Shown here piece after piece: positions 35,721 to 47,109 of a stretch of DNA of 64,000 nucleotides. Origin of the DNA: an uncultured Bacilli bacterium (GTDB lineage Bacteria; Bacillota_I; Bacilli_A; RF39; UBA660); NCBI GenBank assembly GCA_944350445.1, contig CALVOW010000005.1:997-64996 (forward strand), read 5' to 3'. A program made the translations under genes and the position numbers. Numbering within the stretch: position 1 is the stretch's first letter; each line of letters starts with the position of its first letter. The notes under the pieces were generated by a model. That model made no database searches, was not told the origin of the DNA, and saw nothing but the letters and a program-made list of their open reading frames with translations.

Positions 35721-36830
35721 TTATAATAAATACCATAATTTTTCATTATTTTTTAAAACTTCTTTAATAATTCCTCCGCCTAAACATTCTTCGCCTTGAT
35801 AAAGAACACAAGCTTGTCCTGGAGTTACAGCTTTAACATCATGATAAGAAACCAAAATTTCGCCATTTTCTAAATATTTTATTTTAACAGGAATGTCCTT
35901 TTGGCGGTATCGAAATTTAGCGGTTGCTTGTTCTGGCCTTAAATCACTAAGAAAATTCATGCTTTCAACGATGCAACTATCACTTTTTAAATACTCATTA
36001 TTTTCTCCAAAAGCAACATATAAAACATTCTTCTCTAAATTCTTACCAACTACAAACATTTTATCTTGATTTCCCCCAATATTTAAACCTTTTCGCTGAC
36101 CAATTGTATAATACATAAGACCCGAATGCTCCCCTACTTTTTCCAAAGTTTCAATATCAAGTACATCACCAGGTTTACTAGGTAAATAATTTTTTAAAAA
36201 TTCTTTAAAATTTCTTTCACCAATAAAACAAATTCCAGTTGAATCTTTTTTAGTAGCAGTAATTAAATCATATTTTAAAGCAATTTCTCGCACTTCACTT
36301 TTAAGTAAATTACCAATTGGAAACAAAACATTTTTTAATTGTTCTTTTGTAAGTTGGGATAAGAAATAAGTTTGATCTTTATTATCATCAACTGCTCTTA
36401 AAAGTTTACCATCTTGAATTCTTGCATAATGTCCAGTTGCAATAAAATCGGCTCCTAATTTTAAAGCTTCTTTAATGAATAAATCAAATTTAATATATTT
36501 ATTACACATAATATCAGGATTTGGAGTTCTCCCCTTTTTCAATTCATCTAAAAAGTAAGTAAAAACAAAGTCCCAATATTCTTTTATAAAATCTACTCGA
36601 TACAAAGGAATATCTAATTTTTTACATACTGCTAAGGCATCATTATAATCACTTTCCTGAGGACAAATCGGTTTATCTAAATTAGGATTTCCTAAATAAT
36701 CATTATTAATACTACTATCCCAATTTCTCATGAAAAGGCCAATTACTTCATATCCTTGTTGTTTTAAAAGAATTGCAGCAACACTAGAATCAACGCCACC
36801 AGACATTCCAATAACTACTTTCTTTTTCAT
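35721..36830 (-). CDS. mnmA: tRNA 2-thiouridine(34) synthase
   Basis: PP-loop [12 protein letters not shown], with catalytic Cys contexts NPDIMCN and GICFIGE. Start taken as ATG 36830. Confidence 0.93.
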   Translation of the reverse strand: MKKKVVIGMSGGVDSSVAAILLKQQGYEVIGLFMRNWDSSINNDYLGNPNLDKPICPQESDYNDALAVCKKLDIPLYRVDFIKEYWDFVFTYFLDELKKGRTPNPDIMCNKYIKFDLFIKEALKLGADFIATGHYARIQDGKLLRAVDDNKDQTYFLSQLTKEQLKNVLFPIGNLLKSEVREIALKYDLITATKKDSTGICFIGERNFKEFLKNYLPSKPGDVLDIETLEKVGEHSGLMYYTIGQRKGLNIGGNQDKMFVVGKNLEKNVLYVAFGENNEYLKSDSCIVESMNFLSDLRPEQATAKFRYRQKDIPVKIKYLENGEILVSYHDVKAVTPGQACVLYQGEECLGGGIIKEVLKNNEKLWYLL

Positions 36831-36929
36831 TAATACCACCACATTTACTAAACATGTATATTATACATCAAATCACTATAAATAACAATTTTATTTTTCT
36901 AAAAAGTTAAAAAAAGTTCATTTATTTTT

Positions 36930-37553
36930 TTAAATGAACAAAGTGAAAAATTTCATCACAAAATCAGCTAAAAAAGTTTCATATAAAGTCGAAATTAATA
37001 AAACAATACTTGAAAATAATAATACTTGAAAATATTTTTTCATAAACTCGTTATTATTAATATTTTTTCTTAAAAATAAAACTTTAAATAAGCGAATCGA
37101 TAAATTAATACCATAAAACGATACCAACATATAAATAAGTAAGTTTAGAAGTTGCGTTGGAAATAAGTAAAGAATTCCTCCTAAAATACCTTTAAAACTA
37201 TAAAGAGAAATAATTATTCCCACCGAAAAACCAGTTATTAAACTTTTAAAATATAAAATAAACGGATTTAAAACTATCCCAATTATTGATATACCAAAAA
37301 TAAAAAGTAAAAGTAAATAGAAAAAATTAACTCCCAAGTTATTTAAAAAATTTCCTATGTAATTAATACTTTCATTATTTTTAAGATTTAAAAAATAAGT
37401 TTCAACAATCTCTCCTACTTCTTTTTTGTCATTATAACTTAATATATTTGCTAAAACAATTCCTGATAAAAAGCCTAAAATAATAATTGTTATTAAGAAT
37501 AAATACTTGTATTTATTTTTCTTTAATTCTTGCCAAAAATTTTTCTTTTTCAT
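36930..37553 (-). CDS. Stage II sporulation protein M-like membrane protein
   Basis: 207 aa, about 5 TM helices. The size and hydrophobic pattern fit the SpoIIM/DUF95 family. Weak assignment. Confidence 0.4.
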   Translation of the reverse strand: MKKKNFWQELKKNKYKYLFLITIIILGFLSGIVLANILSYNDKKEVGEIVETYFLNLKNNESINYIGNFLNNLGVNFFYLLLLFIFGISIIGIVLNPFILYFKSLITGFSVGIIISLYSFKGILGGILYLFPTQLLNLLIYMLVSFYGINLSIRLFKVLFLRKNINNNEFMKKYFQVLLFSSIVLLISTLYETFLADFVMKFFTLFI

Positions 37554-37611
37554 TATTCACCCAATTAACTTTATGAAGAAATTAAAAAAAAAGTACTAGT
37601 TTTTGTACTTT

Positions 37612-38682
37612 TTAAAATAATCTTAAAATATCATTGAAAGTTACATAAATTAGTAAAGCTAGTAATAAGAAAAATCCAATATTATGAATTAAATTCTCCG
37701 TTTCAGCTTTGACTGGTTTTCCTTTTATTTTTTCAATTATTAAGAATAAAATTCTTCCTCCATCAAAGGCTGGGAAAGGAATTAAATTCATAATACCAAC
37801 ATTGATACTTAAAAGCGCAATTAAATTTAAAATGCTATACCAACCCATACTTCTTGTCATATCAACAGCTGTATAAATTCCAACTGGTCCAGATAATTGA
37901 CTAAGACTAACACCACCAATAAATAATTCTTTTAAAGTAATAAATACTTGTCTAGAAATTGAATAGAATTTTTGAAAACCATATTGAAGTGATTTTAGAA
38001 AACCTTTTTCTAAGGTATTGGTAAATTGAATTCCAAATCCGTATTGTTTTTCTTCTTTTTCTTCCCCAGTTAAAGGTGTAACTTCATAGGTATAAACCTC
38101 ACCATCACGTCTAACTTCAAACTCTGTTGTTTGACCGTCTTGAATAGTTAGATATAATTGCACATCATCTAAGGTTTTGGTTCTTTTTCCAGCAATGGAT
38201 ATAATTTCATCCCCTGTTTCAAGACCAACAAGAGCAGCTGGAGAATCCGGAATAACATAAGGTATATTCGTTGATAAATCTGGACTACCAAAAATTAAAG
38301 CGGATAAAAACAAAATCAAAATTGCTAATATAAAATTATTTCCCGCTCCAAAAAACATTACTAAAAATCTTTGCCAAACAGGTTTTGATTGCATAAGATT
38401 TTCTTTTTTAACGTTTTTATCTTCTTCTAAACCTTCGCCAGCTAATTGTACAAACCCACCAACAGGAATTGCTCGAATACAATAAATTGTTTCGCTAACT
38501 TTTTTCTTAGCTTTTAATTTTTTTTCACGTCTTTTTTTGGTGCTATAAATTACTGGTCCCATACCAATTGAAAATTCATAAACATGAATTTTAAACATCT
38601 TTGCAAAAATAAAATGACCAAATTCATGCACTAAAACAATAAGACCTAATATAAAAATAAAATATATAATTGATACAATCAT
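37612..38682 (-). CDS. rseP: RIP (site-2) zinc metalloprotease RseP/RasP
   Basis: HEFGHF at the N-terminus, a central PDZ domain, and C-terminal NLIPFPAFDGGR. Confidence 0.85.
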   Translation of the reverse strand: MIVSIIYFIFILGLIVLVHEFGHFIFAKMFKIHVYEFSIGMGPVIYSTKKRREKKLKAKKKVSETIYCIRAIPVGGFVQLAGEGLEEDKNVKKENLMQSKPVWQRFLVMFFGAGNNFILAILILFLSALIFGSPDLSTNIPYVIPDSPAALVGLETGDEIISIAGKRTKTLDDVQLYLTIQDGQTTEFEVRRDGEVYTYEVTPLTGEEKEEKQYGFGIQFTNTLEKGFLKSLQYGFQKFYSISRQVFITLKELFIGGVSLSQLSGPVGIYTAVDMTRSMGWYSILNLIALLSINVGIMNLIPFPAFDGGRILFLIIEKIKGKPVKAETENLIHNIGFFLLLALLIYVTFNDILRLF

Positions 38683-38690
38683 GTTTCCTC

Positions 38691-39479
38691 CTAAAATAAT
38701 CCACTGATAAGTATATATGTCATTGTAACAAAAATAATACTGTCAAGTCGATCTAATACTCCCCCATGACCTGGTATTAAATTACTAAAATCTTTTATCC
38801 CCTCATGTCTTTTGATAGACGATTTTATTAAATCCCCAAGTTGACCGATAATTGTTAATAGTAAAGTCAATATGATAACTAAATAAACATTTTGATAATC
38901 TAACATAAATATATAAAATAAACTAGCAACAATACAACCTACTAAACTCCCTCCAATACAACCTTCAACTGTTTTATTTGGTGATATTAAAGGAGCAACT
39001 TTATGCTTACCAAACGCTTTACCTGTAAATAAGGCAAAAGAATCAGTTACTGTTGTAATTAATAATAAATAAATCAGTAAATAAATATCTTTGTTACGAA
39101 TATGAAGAAAATTATTAAAAGAAATACCAATAAATAAAGTAATTCCCATTAAATAAAAAGCATCTTTATAATTATATTTTTCTTGATTATTAATAAACAC
39201 TAACATTAAAAGATAAATAAATATTAAAATAGTTAAAATTCGATAATCAAAATCAATTAATAGGTTACTTTCAAAAACATTAGATAAAATAATAAAAGCA
39301 GTTAATAAATAAGTAATTATTTTTATAACAAGCGGTAAATTCTTTTTTAATCTTAATAATTCATAAATGGCAATCATTCCTAAAACAGTAATAAACATAT
39401 AAAATGGCCACGAACCAATTAGTAATAAAGGAACGAAAATTATTAGCATAACAATTGCACTTATAACTCTTTCTTTCAT
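38691..39479 (-). CDS. cdsA: Phosphatidate cytidylyltransferase
   Basis: C-terminal signature GDLIKSSIKRHEGIKDFSNLIPGHGGVLDRLDS. Start taken at ATG 39479, behind the RBS ggagg. Confidence 0.85.
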   Translation of the reverse strand: MKERVISAIVMLIIFVPLLLIGSWPFYMFITVLGMIAIYELLRLKKNLPLVIKIITYLLTAFIILSNVFESNLLIDFDYRILTILIFIYLLMLVFINNQEKYNYKDAFYLMGITLFIGISFNNFLHIRNKDIYLLIYLLLITTVTDSFALFTGKAFGKHKVAPLISPNKTVEGCIGGSLVGCIVASLFYIFMLDYQNVYLVIILTLLLTIIGQLGDLIKSSIKRHEGIKDFSNLIPGHGGVLDRLDSIIFVTMTYILISGLF

Positions 39480-39557
39480 ATCGCCTCCAAATCTTACTAT
39501 CCACAAAAATGATTATACACTTCTCTTAAAAAAATAGCAAGAAAAAAAAGAGTATTT

Positions 39558-39839
39558 CTACTCTCCAACATAAACATTTGCTACTTTACGTGATCCTTTT
39601 TGTTCAAATTTTAAAGTTCCCGTAACTGTTGCAAATAAAGTATCATCGCTTCCTTTTTTAACATTTAATCCAGGATGAACTTTGGTTCCTCTTTGACGAT
39701 AAATAATTGAACCAGCACTAATATATTCACCATCACTAGCTTTAGCACCAAGTCGACGTCCGGCTGAATCACGACCATTAGTTGAAGAACCTTGTCCTTT
39801 TTTATGAGCAAACAACTGAATATTTAATTCTAATTTCAT
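39558..39839 (-). CDS. rpmA: 50S ribosomal protein L27 (with cleavable N-terminal extension)
   Basis: [25 protein letters not shown]. The extension before AHKK is the Prp cleavage substrate typical of Bacillota. Confidence 0.95.
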   Translation of the reverse strand: MKLELNIQLFAHKKGQGSSTNGRDSAGRRLGAKASDGEYISAGSIIYRQRGTKVHPGLNVKKGSDDTLFATVTGTLKFEQKGSRKVANVYVGE

Positions 39840-39841
39840 CT

Positions 39842-40138
39842 TTAAACACCTTCCTTTACTTGAATATTTTTTGGATACTTAGTACTTAATTTTTCTAATA
39901 AATCTAACATATTATTTATTAGAGTTAAAGTAATCTTATCAAAACTTTGAATTGTAATTTTTATATTACCACTTTTTACTTCATAAGATATGGCTTTGGC
40001 ATTAAAATCTATAATAGCATTGAGACTTGTTATTACAATACTACTTACCGCACTGCAAACAATGTCTTTATCATAATCAGCATATAAAGCATGACCGGTA
40101 ATTAAAATTTTTTCTTTGCTTTTTTTTACAAGAATCAT
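39842..40138 (-). CDS. prp: Ribosomal-processing cysteine protease Prp
   Basis: 98 aa, lying between rplU and rpmA. Conserved His/Cys dyad ([15 protein letters not shown]). Confidence 0.8.
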   Translation of the reverse strand: MILVKKSKEKILITGHALYADYDKDIVCSAVSSIVITSLNAIIDFNAKAISYEVKSGNIKITIQSFDKITLTLINNMLDLLEKLSTKYPKNIQVKEGV

Positions 40139-40140
40139 AA

Positions 40141-40440
40141 TTAACCAATTTTTTTAATTTCAACTTTTGTATAAGGTTGTCTATGTCCTTGTTTTTTTCT
40201 GGTTGAGGTTGTATTAGGTTTATATTTAAAGATTTTAATTTTAGAACCTTTACCATGTTTTAAAATAACACCTTCAACACTTGCATCTTTAATAGTTGGA
40301 TTTCCAATTGTATTATCTTTCATTAAAACTTCTTCAAATGTAACTTTATCACCAATAGCTCCATTTAATTTTTCAACATAGATAATACTTCCTTCTTCAA
40401 CATAGTATTGTTTACCACCTGTTTTAATAACTGCTTTCAT
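40141..40440 (-). CDS. rplU: 50S ribosomal protein L21
   Basis: MKAVIKTGGKQYYVEEGSIIYVEKL is a canonical L21 N-terminus. Confidence 0.95.
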   Translation of the reverse strand: MKAVIKTGGKQYYVEEGSIIYVEKLNGAIGDKVTFEEVLMKDNTIGNPTIKDASVEGVILKHGKGSKIKIFKYKPNTTSTRKKQGHRQPYTKVEIKKIG

Positions 40441-40573
40441 TTTTCCTCCTTTTTTCTAGACTCGCTTTAAAGGTACAAATTTCTTTGTTTCTAACCTTTT
40501 CAAGGCGGTTTGAGCTTAGAGGCTTCAAACATATAGATTTTATCATAGAAAAATCTCTAAGTCAAACATTTTT

Positions 40574-42106
40574 TTACTCCCACTCAATAGTTGCTGGGGG
40601 TTTTGAAGTTATATCATACACAACCCGATTAATATGATTTACTTCATTAACTATTCTTTTGGATATAATTTCTAAAACATCATAGGGAATTTTTGAGAAA
40701 TTGGCCGTCATAAAATCATCAGTTGTAACAGCTCTTAATGCTAACATATAATCATAAGTTCTTTCGTCTCCCATAACCCCAACCGATTTTATATTAGTTA
40801 AAACGGCAAAATATTGATTAATATCTTTATCAAAATTATGCTTTTTTATTTCTTCTCGGAAAATATAATCGGCATCTTTTAAAATAGTCAGTTTTTCTTC
40901 GGTAATCTCACCAATAATTCGAATAGCAAGCCCTGGCCCTGGAAATGGTTGGCGATTAACTAAATCGAAACTCAAACCAAGTTCAATACCAACTTGTCTT
41001 ACTTCATCTTTAAATAAATCTCGAAGGGGTTCAACGATTTCTTTAAAATCAACATGTTCTGGTAACCCTCCAACATTATGATGACTTTTAATAACGGAAC
41101 TTTTGCCAATACCCGATTCAACAACATCCGGATAAATCGTTCCTTGAACTAAATAATCAACTGTTCCAAGTTTTTTAGCTTCACTTTCAAAAACACGAAT
41201 AAATTCTTCCCCAATAATTTTTCGTTTCTTTTCAGGATCGGTTACATCTTTTAATTTTTCTAAAAAGCGATCCTTGGCATCAACTTTAATAAAATTAACA
41301 TCTTCTCTATTACCAAAAGTCTTAACAACTTCCTCAACCTCGCCTTTTCGAAGAAGTCCATGATCAACAAAAATGCAAGTTAAATTAGAACCAACCGCAG
41401 ATGATAATAAAGAAGCTGCAACACTTGAATCAACGCCACCTGATAGAGCACAAAGAACTTTTTGATCTTTAATTTTTTCTTTTAATTCCAAAATTTTGTT
41501 TTTAACAAACATATCCATTTTCCAAAGACCCTTGCAACCACAGATATTTTTAACAAAATTTTCAATTATTTTTTCCCCGTTTTTTGTATGATTTACCTCA
41601 GGATGAAATTGCACTCCATAAAATTTTTTTTCTAAATTAGCAAATCCGGCTATTTCACAAGTTTTCGTTTTCGCAATTTTTAAAAAATCAACTGGCAATT
41701 TCGAAACATAATCTGTATGACTCATTAAACAAATATTTTTAACTTCTAATCCTTTAAATAAAGGTATATTATTTTGAAGTTCTACTTCCATTTGCCCATA
41801 TTCACGTTTAGTAGCTCTTTGAACTTCTCCTCCAAGCGCCTCGGCCATAAATTGCATACCATAGCAAATTCCTAAAATTGGAATACCAAGTTCAAAGATT
41901 TCTAAGTCACATGAGGGAGCATTCTCTTGATAAATACTAGCTGGTCCACCCGTAAAGATAATTCCTTTGGGCTTAATTTTTTTAATTTCAGAAATTGTAA
42001 TTGTATAAGGGCGAATCTCAGAATAAACATTTTTTTCACGGACACGTCTTGCAATTAATTGATTATATTGTCCACCAAAATCAATAATTAAAATTTTCTC
42101 TTCCAT
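40574..42106 (-). CDS. guaA: GMP synthase (glutamine-hydrolysing)
   Basis: An N-terminal GATase (GICYGMQ), the ATP pyrophosphatase SGGVDSSV, and a C-terminal ..KPPATIEWE. Confidence 0.95.
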   Translation of the reverse strand: MEEKILIIDFGGQYNQLIARRVREKNVYSEIRPYTITISEIKKIKPKGIIFTGGPASIYQENAPSCDLEIFELGIPILGICYGMQFMAEALGGEVQRATKREYGQMEVELQNNIPLFKGLEVKNICLMSHTDYVSKLPVDFLKIAKTKTCEIAGFANLEKKFYGVQFHPEVNHTKNGEKIIENFVKNICGCKGLWKMDMFVKNKILELKEKIKDQKVLCALSGGVDSSVAASLLSSAVGSNLTCIFVDHGLLRKGEVEEVVKTFGNREDVNFIKVDAKDRFLEKLKDVTDPEKKRKIIGEEFIRVFESEAKKLGTVDYLVQGTIYPDVVESGIGKSSVIKSHHNVGGLPEHVDFKEIVEPLRDLFKDEVRQVGIELGLSFDLVNRQPFPGPGLAIRIIGEITEEKLTILKDADYIFREEIKKHNFDKDINQYFAVLTNIKSVGVMGDERTYDYMLALRAVTTDDFMTANFSKIPYDVLEIISKRIVNEVNHINRVVYDITSKPPATIEWE

Positions 42107-42111
42107 ATAAC

Positions 42112-43608
42112 CTACTCAACATCCTTCGTGAATACATCATGTGCTCCACCTTCCCGAATACTAACACTTGAAACAAGGGTAAGACGAGCTTTTTCATGTA
42201 ATTCTTTAATCGTAATAGCTCCACAATTACACATCGTAGATTTTATTTTTTCAAGAGTAACATTTAAATTTTCTTTTAAAGAACCAGCATAAGGAATATA
42301 AGAATCGACTCCTTCTTCAAAAGTTAATTTGGTTTTATTACCACCTAAATCATATCTTTGCCAATTTCTAGCCCGATTTGAGCCTTCTCCCCAATACTCT
42401 TTATAAAATGACCCATTTTTCTTAACAATTTTCGTTGGACTTTCATCAAAACGAGCGAAATAGCGACCCATCATCACAAAATCAGCTCCCATAGCTAAGG
42501 CTAAAGTTATGTGGTAATCATGAACGATTCCCCCATCTGAACAAATTGGAATATATTTGCCAGTTTCTTGAAAATACTCATCCCGAGCTTTGCAAACATC
42601 CATTAAACTACTAGCCTGTCCTCGACCAATTCCCTTGGTTTCTCTAGTTATACAAATTGAGCCACCGCCAACCCCAACTTTAATAAAATCAGCTCCGGCG
42701 TCTGCCAAATACTTAAATCCTTCCGCATCAACAACATTACCAGCGCCAATTTTAACATTTTCACCATAATGCTCGCGAACAAAGTCAATCGTTTCCTTTT
42801 GCCAAATTGAATAACCATCACTAGAATCAATACATAAAATATCAACTCCAGCTGCAAGTAAAGCCGGAATTCTTTCTTTATAATCACGCGTATTAATACC
42901 AGCTCCAACAATATAACGTTTTTTAGCATCTAAAAGCGAATTGCTATTATTCTTTCTATCATCATAATCTTTGCGAAAAACTAAATATTTTAAATTTTCT
43001 TCTTTATCAAGAATTGGTAAACAACTAATTTTCTTCTCCCAAATTAAATCATTAGCTTCTTTTAAAGTAATACCTTCAAAAGCATAAACTAAATCTTCCT
43101 TTTTGGTCATAAATAAAGAAATTGAATCATCTAAATTATCTCTTGATAAACGATAATCTTTATCAGTTACAAGTCCTAAAAATTTGCCATTATCAAGTCC
43201 ATTACTAGTTATCATAACGGTTGAATGCCCTGTTTTTTCAACTAAATCAACTACTTCTTTTAAAGTAGCAGTTGGCTTTACATTGGAATCACTAATAACA
43301 AAGCCAGCTTTATTCTTTTTAACATTTTGAATCATCTTGGCTTGTGACTCAATACTTTGGGAACCGAAGATAAAAGATACTCCCCCTTCCCTAGCTAAAC
43401 TAATCGCCATATTCTCTCCAGAAACAGATTGCATGATAGCAGATACCATTGGGACATTTAAACTAATCGCTGGTTCTTCTCCCTTCTTAAAAGCAACAAG
43501 CGGAGTCTTTAAGGAAACATTTTCCGGAATACACTCCTTAGTTGTTAAATTAGGTAACAATAAAAACTCACTAAAAGTTCTTGAAATATCAGGTAATATT
43601 TTACTCAT
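42112..43608 (-). CDS. guaB: IMP dehydrogenase family protein
   Basis: Catalytic loop [13 protein letters not shown], an inserted CBS pair, and a TIM barrel. Start taken at ATG 43608, behind the RBS aggagga. Confidence 0.85.
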   Translation of the reverse strand: MSKILPDISRTFSEFLLLPNLTTKECIPENVSLKTPLVAFKKGEEPAISLNVPMVSAIMQSVSGENMAISLAREGGVSFIFGSQSIESQAKMIQNVKKNKAGFVISDSNVKPTATLKEVVDLVEKTGHSTVMITSNGLDNGKFLGLVTDKDYRLSRDNLDDSISLFMTKKEDLVYAFEGITLKEANDLIWEKKISCLPILDKEENLKYLVFRKDYDDRKNNSNSLLDAKKRYIVGAGINTRDYKERIPALLAAGVDILCIDSSDGYSIWQKETIDFVREHYGENVKIGAGNVVDAEGFKYLADAGADFIKVGVGGGSICITRETKGIGRGQASSLMDVCKARDEYFQETGKYIPICSDGGIVHDYHITLALAMGADFVMMGRYFARFDESPTKIVKKNGSFYKEYWGEGSNRARNWQRYDLGGNKTKLTFEEGVDSYIPYAGSLKENLNVTLEKIKSTMCNCGAITIKELHEKARLTLVSSVSIREGGAHDVFTKDVE

Positions 43609-43894
43609 TTTTCCTCCTCTAATTTTTACCATATTATATATTGAATTTTCAAACTTGGCAAGATAAATTTTAAAAATATTTTTTTCTAACTATTAATATT
43701 AAAAAGAATACTGTCTCTAGTTAGTATTCTTATTCTTAAATTTATTTATTAACTTTAAATTCTAAATAATAACATTATTCATCTTTTTACTCAGCTGTAA
43801 TAAGTATTTCTTTATCACCATAAAGATAATATCTATAAGTTCCTGTTGCAAAGGTTGAATTTCCATCAGTAGATGTAACTCCAAACACGTCATC

Positions 43895-44986
43895 CTAATT
43901 AAAAGCATTGTCTGATTTGTTTATAACTTCTGATATTTGATTATGATTGCTGTATTGAACAGTGTCTATGCCAAAAGCATGGTCACCAATAGTTTGAACA
44001 TTAGCTCCTAGTTCTACTGTTTCAAGATAATTAAAGTAAAATGCATAATTGCCTATTGTAGTTACACTATCAGGGATTATTACATTTATCAAATCATTTC
44101 CCCAAAATGCCATATCAGCTATCGAAGTTACACTATCAGGTATTATTAAACTTGTTAATTCATTTAAAGCAAAAGTACTATTACCTATTGTAGTTACACT
44201 ATCGGGTATTACTACACTTGTTATTCTTGCTGAATCAACTTGATAGTCATATTGAAAAGCATTATCACCTATTGATGTTACTAGATAACCATTTATAGTT
44301 TTTGGTATAATTACATCAATTCCACAAGACTTGTCATAGTCAGTTATTGTAATTGTGGAATTATTAATTATCGTTGTAAAGCAACTAGCATCAACAACTT
44401 CAACTAACCGAAATTTTAATAAATCATCTCTTAATCTTTCGGTTCTCGTTTCATGAGGATCACCATAAGATAAAACTATCTCATACCATATATCTTCTTC
44501 CGTATAAGTATTTTTTCCATCAATTGTAAATTCAAAATATGGTAAATTTACATATGCAGTTTTAATGATATTGTTTTCTTCCAAATACGTTAACGCTTCT
44601 TCATAAAACCAATTATTATCTAACCATTGTTGAAAAGTATAACCGTATCTTGTTCCAGTTCCTCGACAAAAACTTTCATAAGATTCACCTTCCCACATAT
44701 TATCTTCCTCGGAACCAAAAATACTTGTTAAATATGTTACACAAACACTTACTTCTTCTTCAGTTATATTGCTATTATGTTTATAACCACTAATACTGTA
44801 AGGCATAGCATTTTCTATTGTTAATTGATTAGTTTCGTTGTAATGCATATAAATATCCCCAACTACTAATTGAGTATTATTAGTACCTGTTCTATTATAA
44901 TTAAAAGCTGCATAGGTTATTCCTACTGTAAATAATAATATAACTGTAATAACTACTCCTATTATTAAAACCTTTTTTCTTTTCAT
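43895..44986 (-). CDS. Surface protein with BspA-type leucine-rich repeats
   Basis: An N-terminal anchor/signal ([23 protein letters not shown]). The C-terminus carries repeated IPDSVT(T/S)IG..AF units. An in-frame TAG is followed by 35 further open codons (see findings). Confidence 0.6.
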   Translation of the reverse strand: MKRKKVLIIGVVITVILLFTVGITYAAFNYNRTGTNNTQLVVGDIYMHYNETNQLTIENAMPYSISGYKHNSNITEEEVSVCVTYLTSIFGSEEDNMWEGESYESFCRGTGTRYGYTFQQWLDNNWFYEEALTYLEENNIIKTAYVNLPYFEFTIDGKNTYTEEDIWYEIVLSYGDPHETRTERLRDDLLKFRLVEVVDASCFTTIINNSTITITDYDKSCGIDVIIPKTINGYLVTSIGDNAFQYDYQVDSARITSVVIPDSVTTIGNSTFALNELTSLIIPDSVTSIADMAFWGNDLINVIIPDSVTTIGNYAFYFNYLETVELGANVQTIGDHAFGIDTVQYSNHNQISEVINKSDNAFN

Positions 44987-45123
44987 ACAAACTCCTTTTC
45001 CCTTTATTCTAATAAGATTATAAATTAAACTATAAGCTTTCTAATTCTTTTTTTACATTAAAAAGACATATAAAAACTTAGTAAATAATTTACTATTTCT
45101 TATATGTCTAATTTTTAATCTTT

Positions 45124-46059
45124 TTAACTACTAAGTAAATTAGTTGTTATTTCTTGAATAACAAATCGATTGTCTACATATTTTAAGATCATTTTTTTAG
45201 ATCCTGTATAACTATAATTTGTCTCATCAAATCTTTTCGATAAAGCAAATATAACTGTAACTTCATCACTATCTATTCGAACATCTACAACATCATGTTT
45301 TAAAGTTTGATATGAAAACTCCGAAAAAGTAAGAACAACTGTATCATCTCTTAAAAAAAGACGAACTCGATCATTTTCTTGAAAATTACTGTTAAAAGTT
45401 ATATTTAAATTATCAATATTTAAATATTTTTTAAAAGCTGTTTTTAAATCACTAAAAGAAATTTCTTTTTTACTAACTAAACAATTTTCTTCCTCTTCCT
45501 CACAAAGAATATAATCGCCTTCAAGTCCCCAAATATAATAAGTTGCAAACTGAATTAAGTCATTATTTTTTAAATTATTAGTATCAATTTGATAAATATT
45601 ATATAAAAAACTTCTTGAATCTTTAATAAAATTTAAAACATCTTCTTCTTTTAGACCATAATCTTTTTTGATATAATCTTGGCAAACTGTTGCTGTATCA
45701 CATTCTAAATTCTTATCCTCTTTTAAATAATTATTATATAAAACAAAAATTAATAAAATAAGAGCAATAAAAATAATAATTGTAAATAAAATACTAACAA
45801 AACTTTGTATATGATCATTTACAGTTTTATTTTTATTTTTAGAAAGATCGGTATTTAAATTTTCTTTAGGTTCTTCTTGTTTAACTTCCTCTATATTAAG
45901 AGGTTTTACATCTTGCAATACTTCTTCATTTAAATTATTTTCTTCCTTAGATATTAAATCAACTCCATCTAAAATTTTTTTGGTTTTATTAGTGTTATTA
46001 TTTTTTTTATAATAATTATTTTTTTCATTATAATAATATTTCTTCTTTTTCTTACTCAT
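45124..46059 (-). CDS. Hypothetical single-pass membrane protein with a K/Y/N-rich N-terminus
   Basis: 311 aa. MSKKKKKYYYNEKNNYYKKNNN.. is followed by a TM helix (FVSILFTIIIFIALILLIFVLY) and an extracellular domain of unknown family. Confidence 0.4.
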   Translation of the reverse strand: MSKKKKKYYYNEKNNYYKKNNNTNKTKKILDGVDLISKEENNLNEEVLQDVKPLNIEEVKQEEPKENLNTDLSKNKNKTVNDHIQSFVSILFTIIIFIALILLIFVLYNNYLKEDKNLECDTATVCQDYIKKDYGLKEEDVLNFIKDSRSFLYNIYQIDTNNLKNNDLIQFATYYIWGLEGDYILCEEEEENCLVSKKEISFSDLKTAFKKYLNIDNLNITFNSNFQENDRVRLFLRDDTVVLTFSEFSYQTLKHDVVDVRIDSDEVTVIFALSKRFDETNYSYTGSKKMILKYVDNRFVIQEITTNLLSS

Positions 46060-46066
46060 AAACTAC

Positions 46067-46297
46067 CTATTCTTCTACTTTAAACTCACTTAAAGATCCA
46101 TCTTCATTCATAATTTTATTAATTGATGTCGTAGCATTTTTTAATTTTTCATCACACGCCTTAGCAAGCTTTAAAGCTTCATTGTATTTATTAATAGCAT
46201 CATCTAATAATATTTCTCCACTTTCAAGTTCTTTAACAATTGTTTCTAGTTTTTTAATATTTTCTTCAAAACTAACTTCTTTTTCATCTTTTTTCAT
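46067..46297 (-). CDS. xseB: Exodeoxyribonuclease VII small subunit
   Basis: 76 aa. SFEENIKKLETIVKELESGEILLDDAINKYNEALKLAKAC is the typical XseB pattern. Confidence 0.85.
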   Translation of the reverse strand: MKKDEKEVSFEENIKKLETIVKELESGEILLDDAINKYNEALKLAKACDEKLKNATTSINKIMNEDGSLSEFKVEE

Positions 46298-46314
46298 ATA
46301 TCATATCCTCCAAC

Positions 46315-47109
46315 TTATATCATTTTTAAAACTTTTTGAAATTCATAATCTTTATTAATATCTTCTAATCTTGTAATTACTAATTTTCCATTTGAAAATT
46401 TATAAAATTCTTCCTTTTCGTCTTTACTTTTATATTTTTTATATTCTAATAACTCACCATTTAAAACGGTTATTTGTTCATTTTCTTTGCCATTAATTTC
46501 ATTTTGAATTGAAATATAAAATTTATCACTTATAATTTGTCTTTTTACTTCTTTATAAAGAACATCTAAATCCAAAATATTATGATTACTTATCATAGCA
46601 TTTATAAAGGTTGCTTCATTAAATTCATCTGTTGTTTTTACTTGAAAAATAATTGAAGTATTTAAATGGGCATTTTTATAATTATAACAATATTTAAAAT
46701 ATTGATCATTTTTATCTCTTATTAATATTTTTGAATTACCATTATTAGTATATTTTTTAATCAATATTTCGCCATTTGCACCTTCATAAGTAATTTTATT
46801 TAAAAGAAAATTATCATCTTCTAAATAAAAAGTTGTTACATAATTTTTACCTAAAATTTGAACCGAAATTGGATCAGTTTCTAAAAAACCAAGAGAAATA
46901 TGCAAAGAAATATCTTTTATTAGACTATATAAAGTAACTTCAATGGTATCATAAGAAAGTCCTATATTGGTTACTAACGGATTTAGAAGATTATATTTTT
47001 TAGCAATTTTTAAAAGTAATGCTTCGGGATCTCTTGTCTCTTTCTTTAAATATTCATTTAAAGTTTTTGCAAATTGATAATTTTTATATTGAATTTTCCC
47101 CTTGTTCAT
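46315..47109 (-). CDS. Hypothetical protein inserted between xseA and xseB
   Basis: 264-aa ORF overlapping the xseA 3' end by 26 nt. No recognisable motif. Confidence 0.4.
   Translation of the reverse strand: MNKGKIQYKNYQFAKTLNEYLKKETRDPEALLLKIAKKYNLLNPLVTNIGLSYDTIEVTLYSLIKDISLHISLGFLETDPISVQILGKNYVTTFYLEDDNFLLNKITYEGANGEILIKKYTNNGNSKILIRDKNDQYFKYCYNYKNAHLNTSIIFQVKTTDEFNEATFINAMISNHNILDLDVLYKEVKRQIISDKFYISIQNEINGKENEQITVLNGELLEYKKYKSKDEKEEFYKFSNGKLVITRLEDINKDYEFQKVLKMI

Noticed and set aside
40441-40573. An L21 ribosomal-protein leader upstream of rplU
   Set aside because: The region is somewhat GC-enriched and could fold, but I could not recognise the motif by eye. It would need a covariance-model scan.
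43609-43894. A purine riboswitch upstream of guaB
   Set aside because: I found only the terminator of the upstream LRR gene (about 43714-43745) and AT-rich sequence. I saw no purine-aptamer-like junction motifs.
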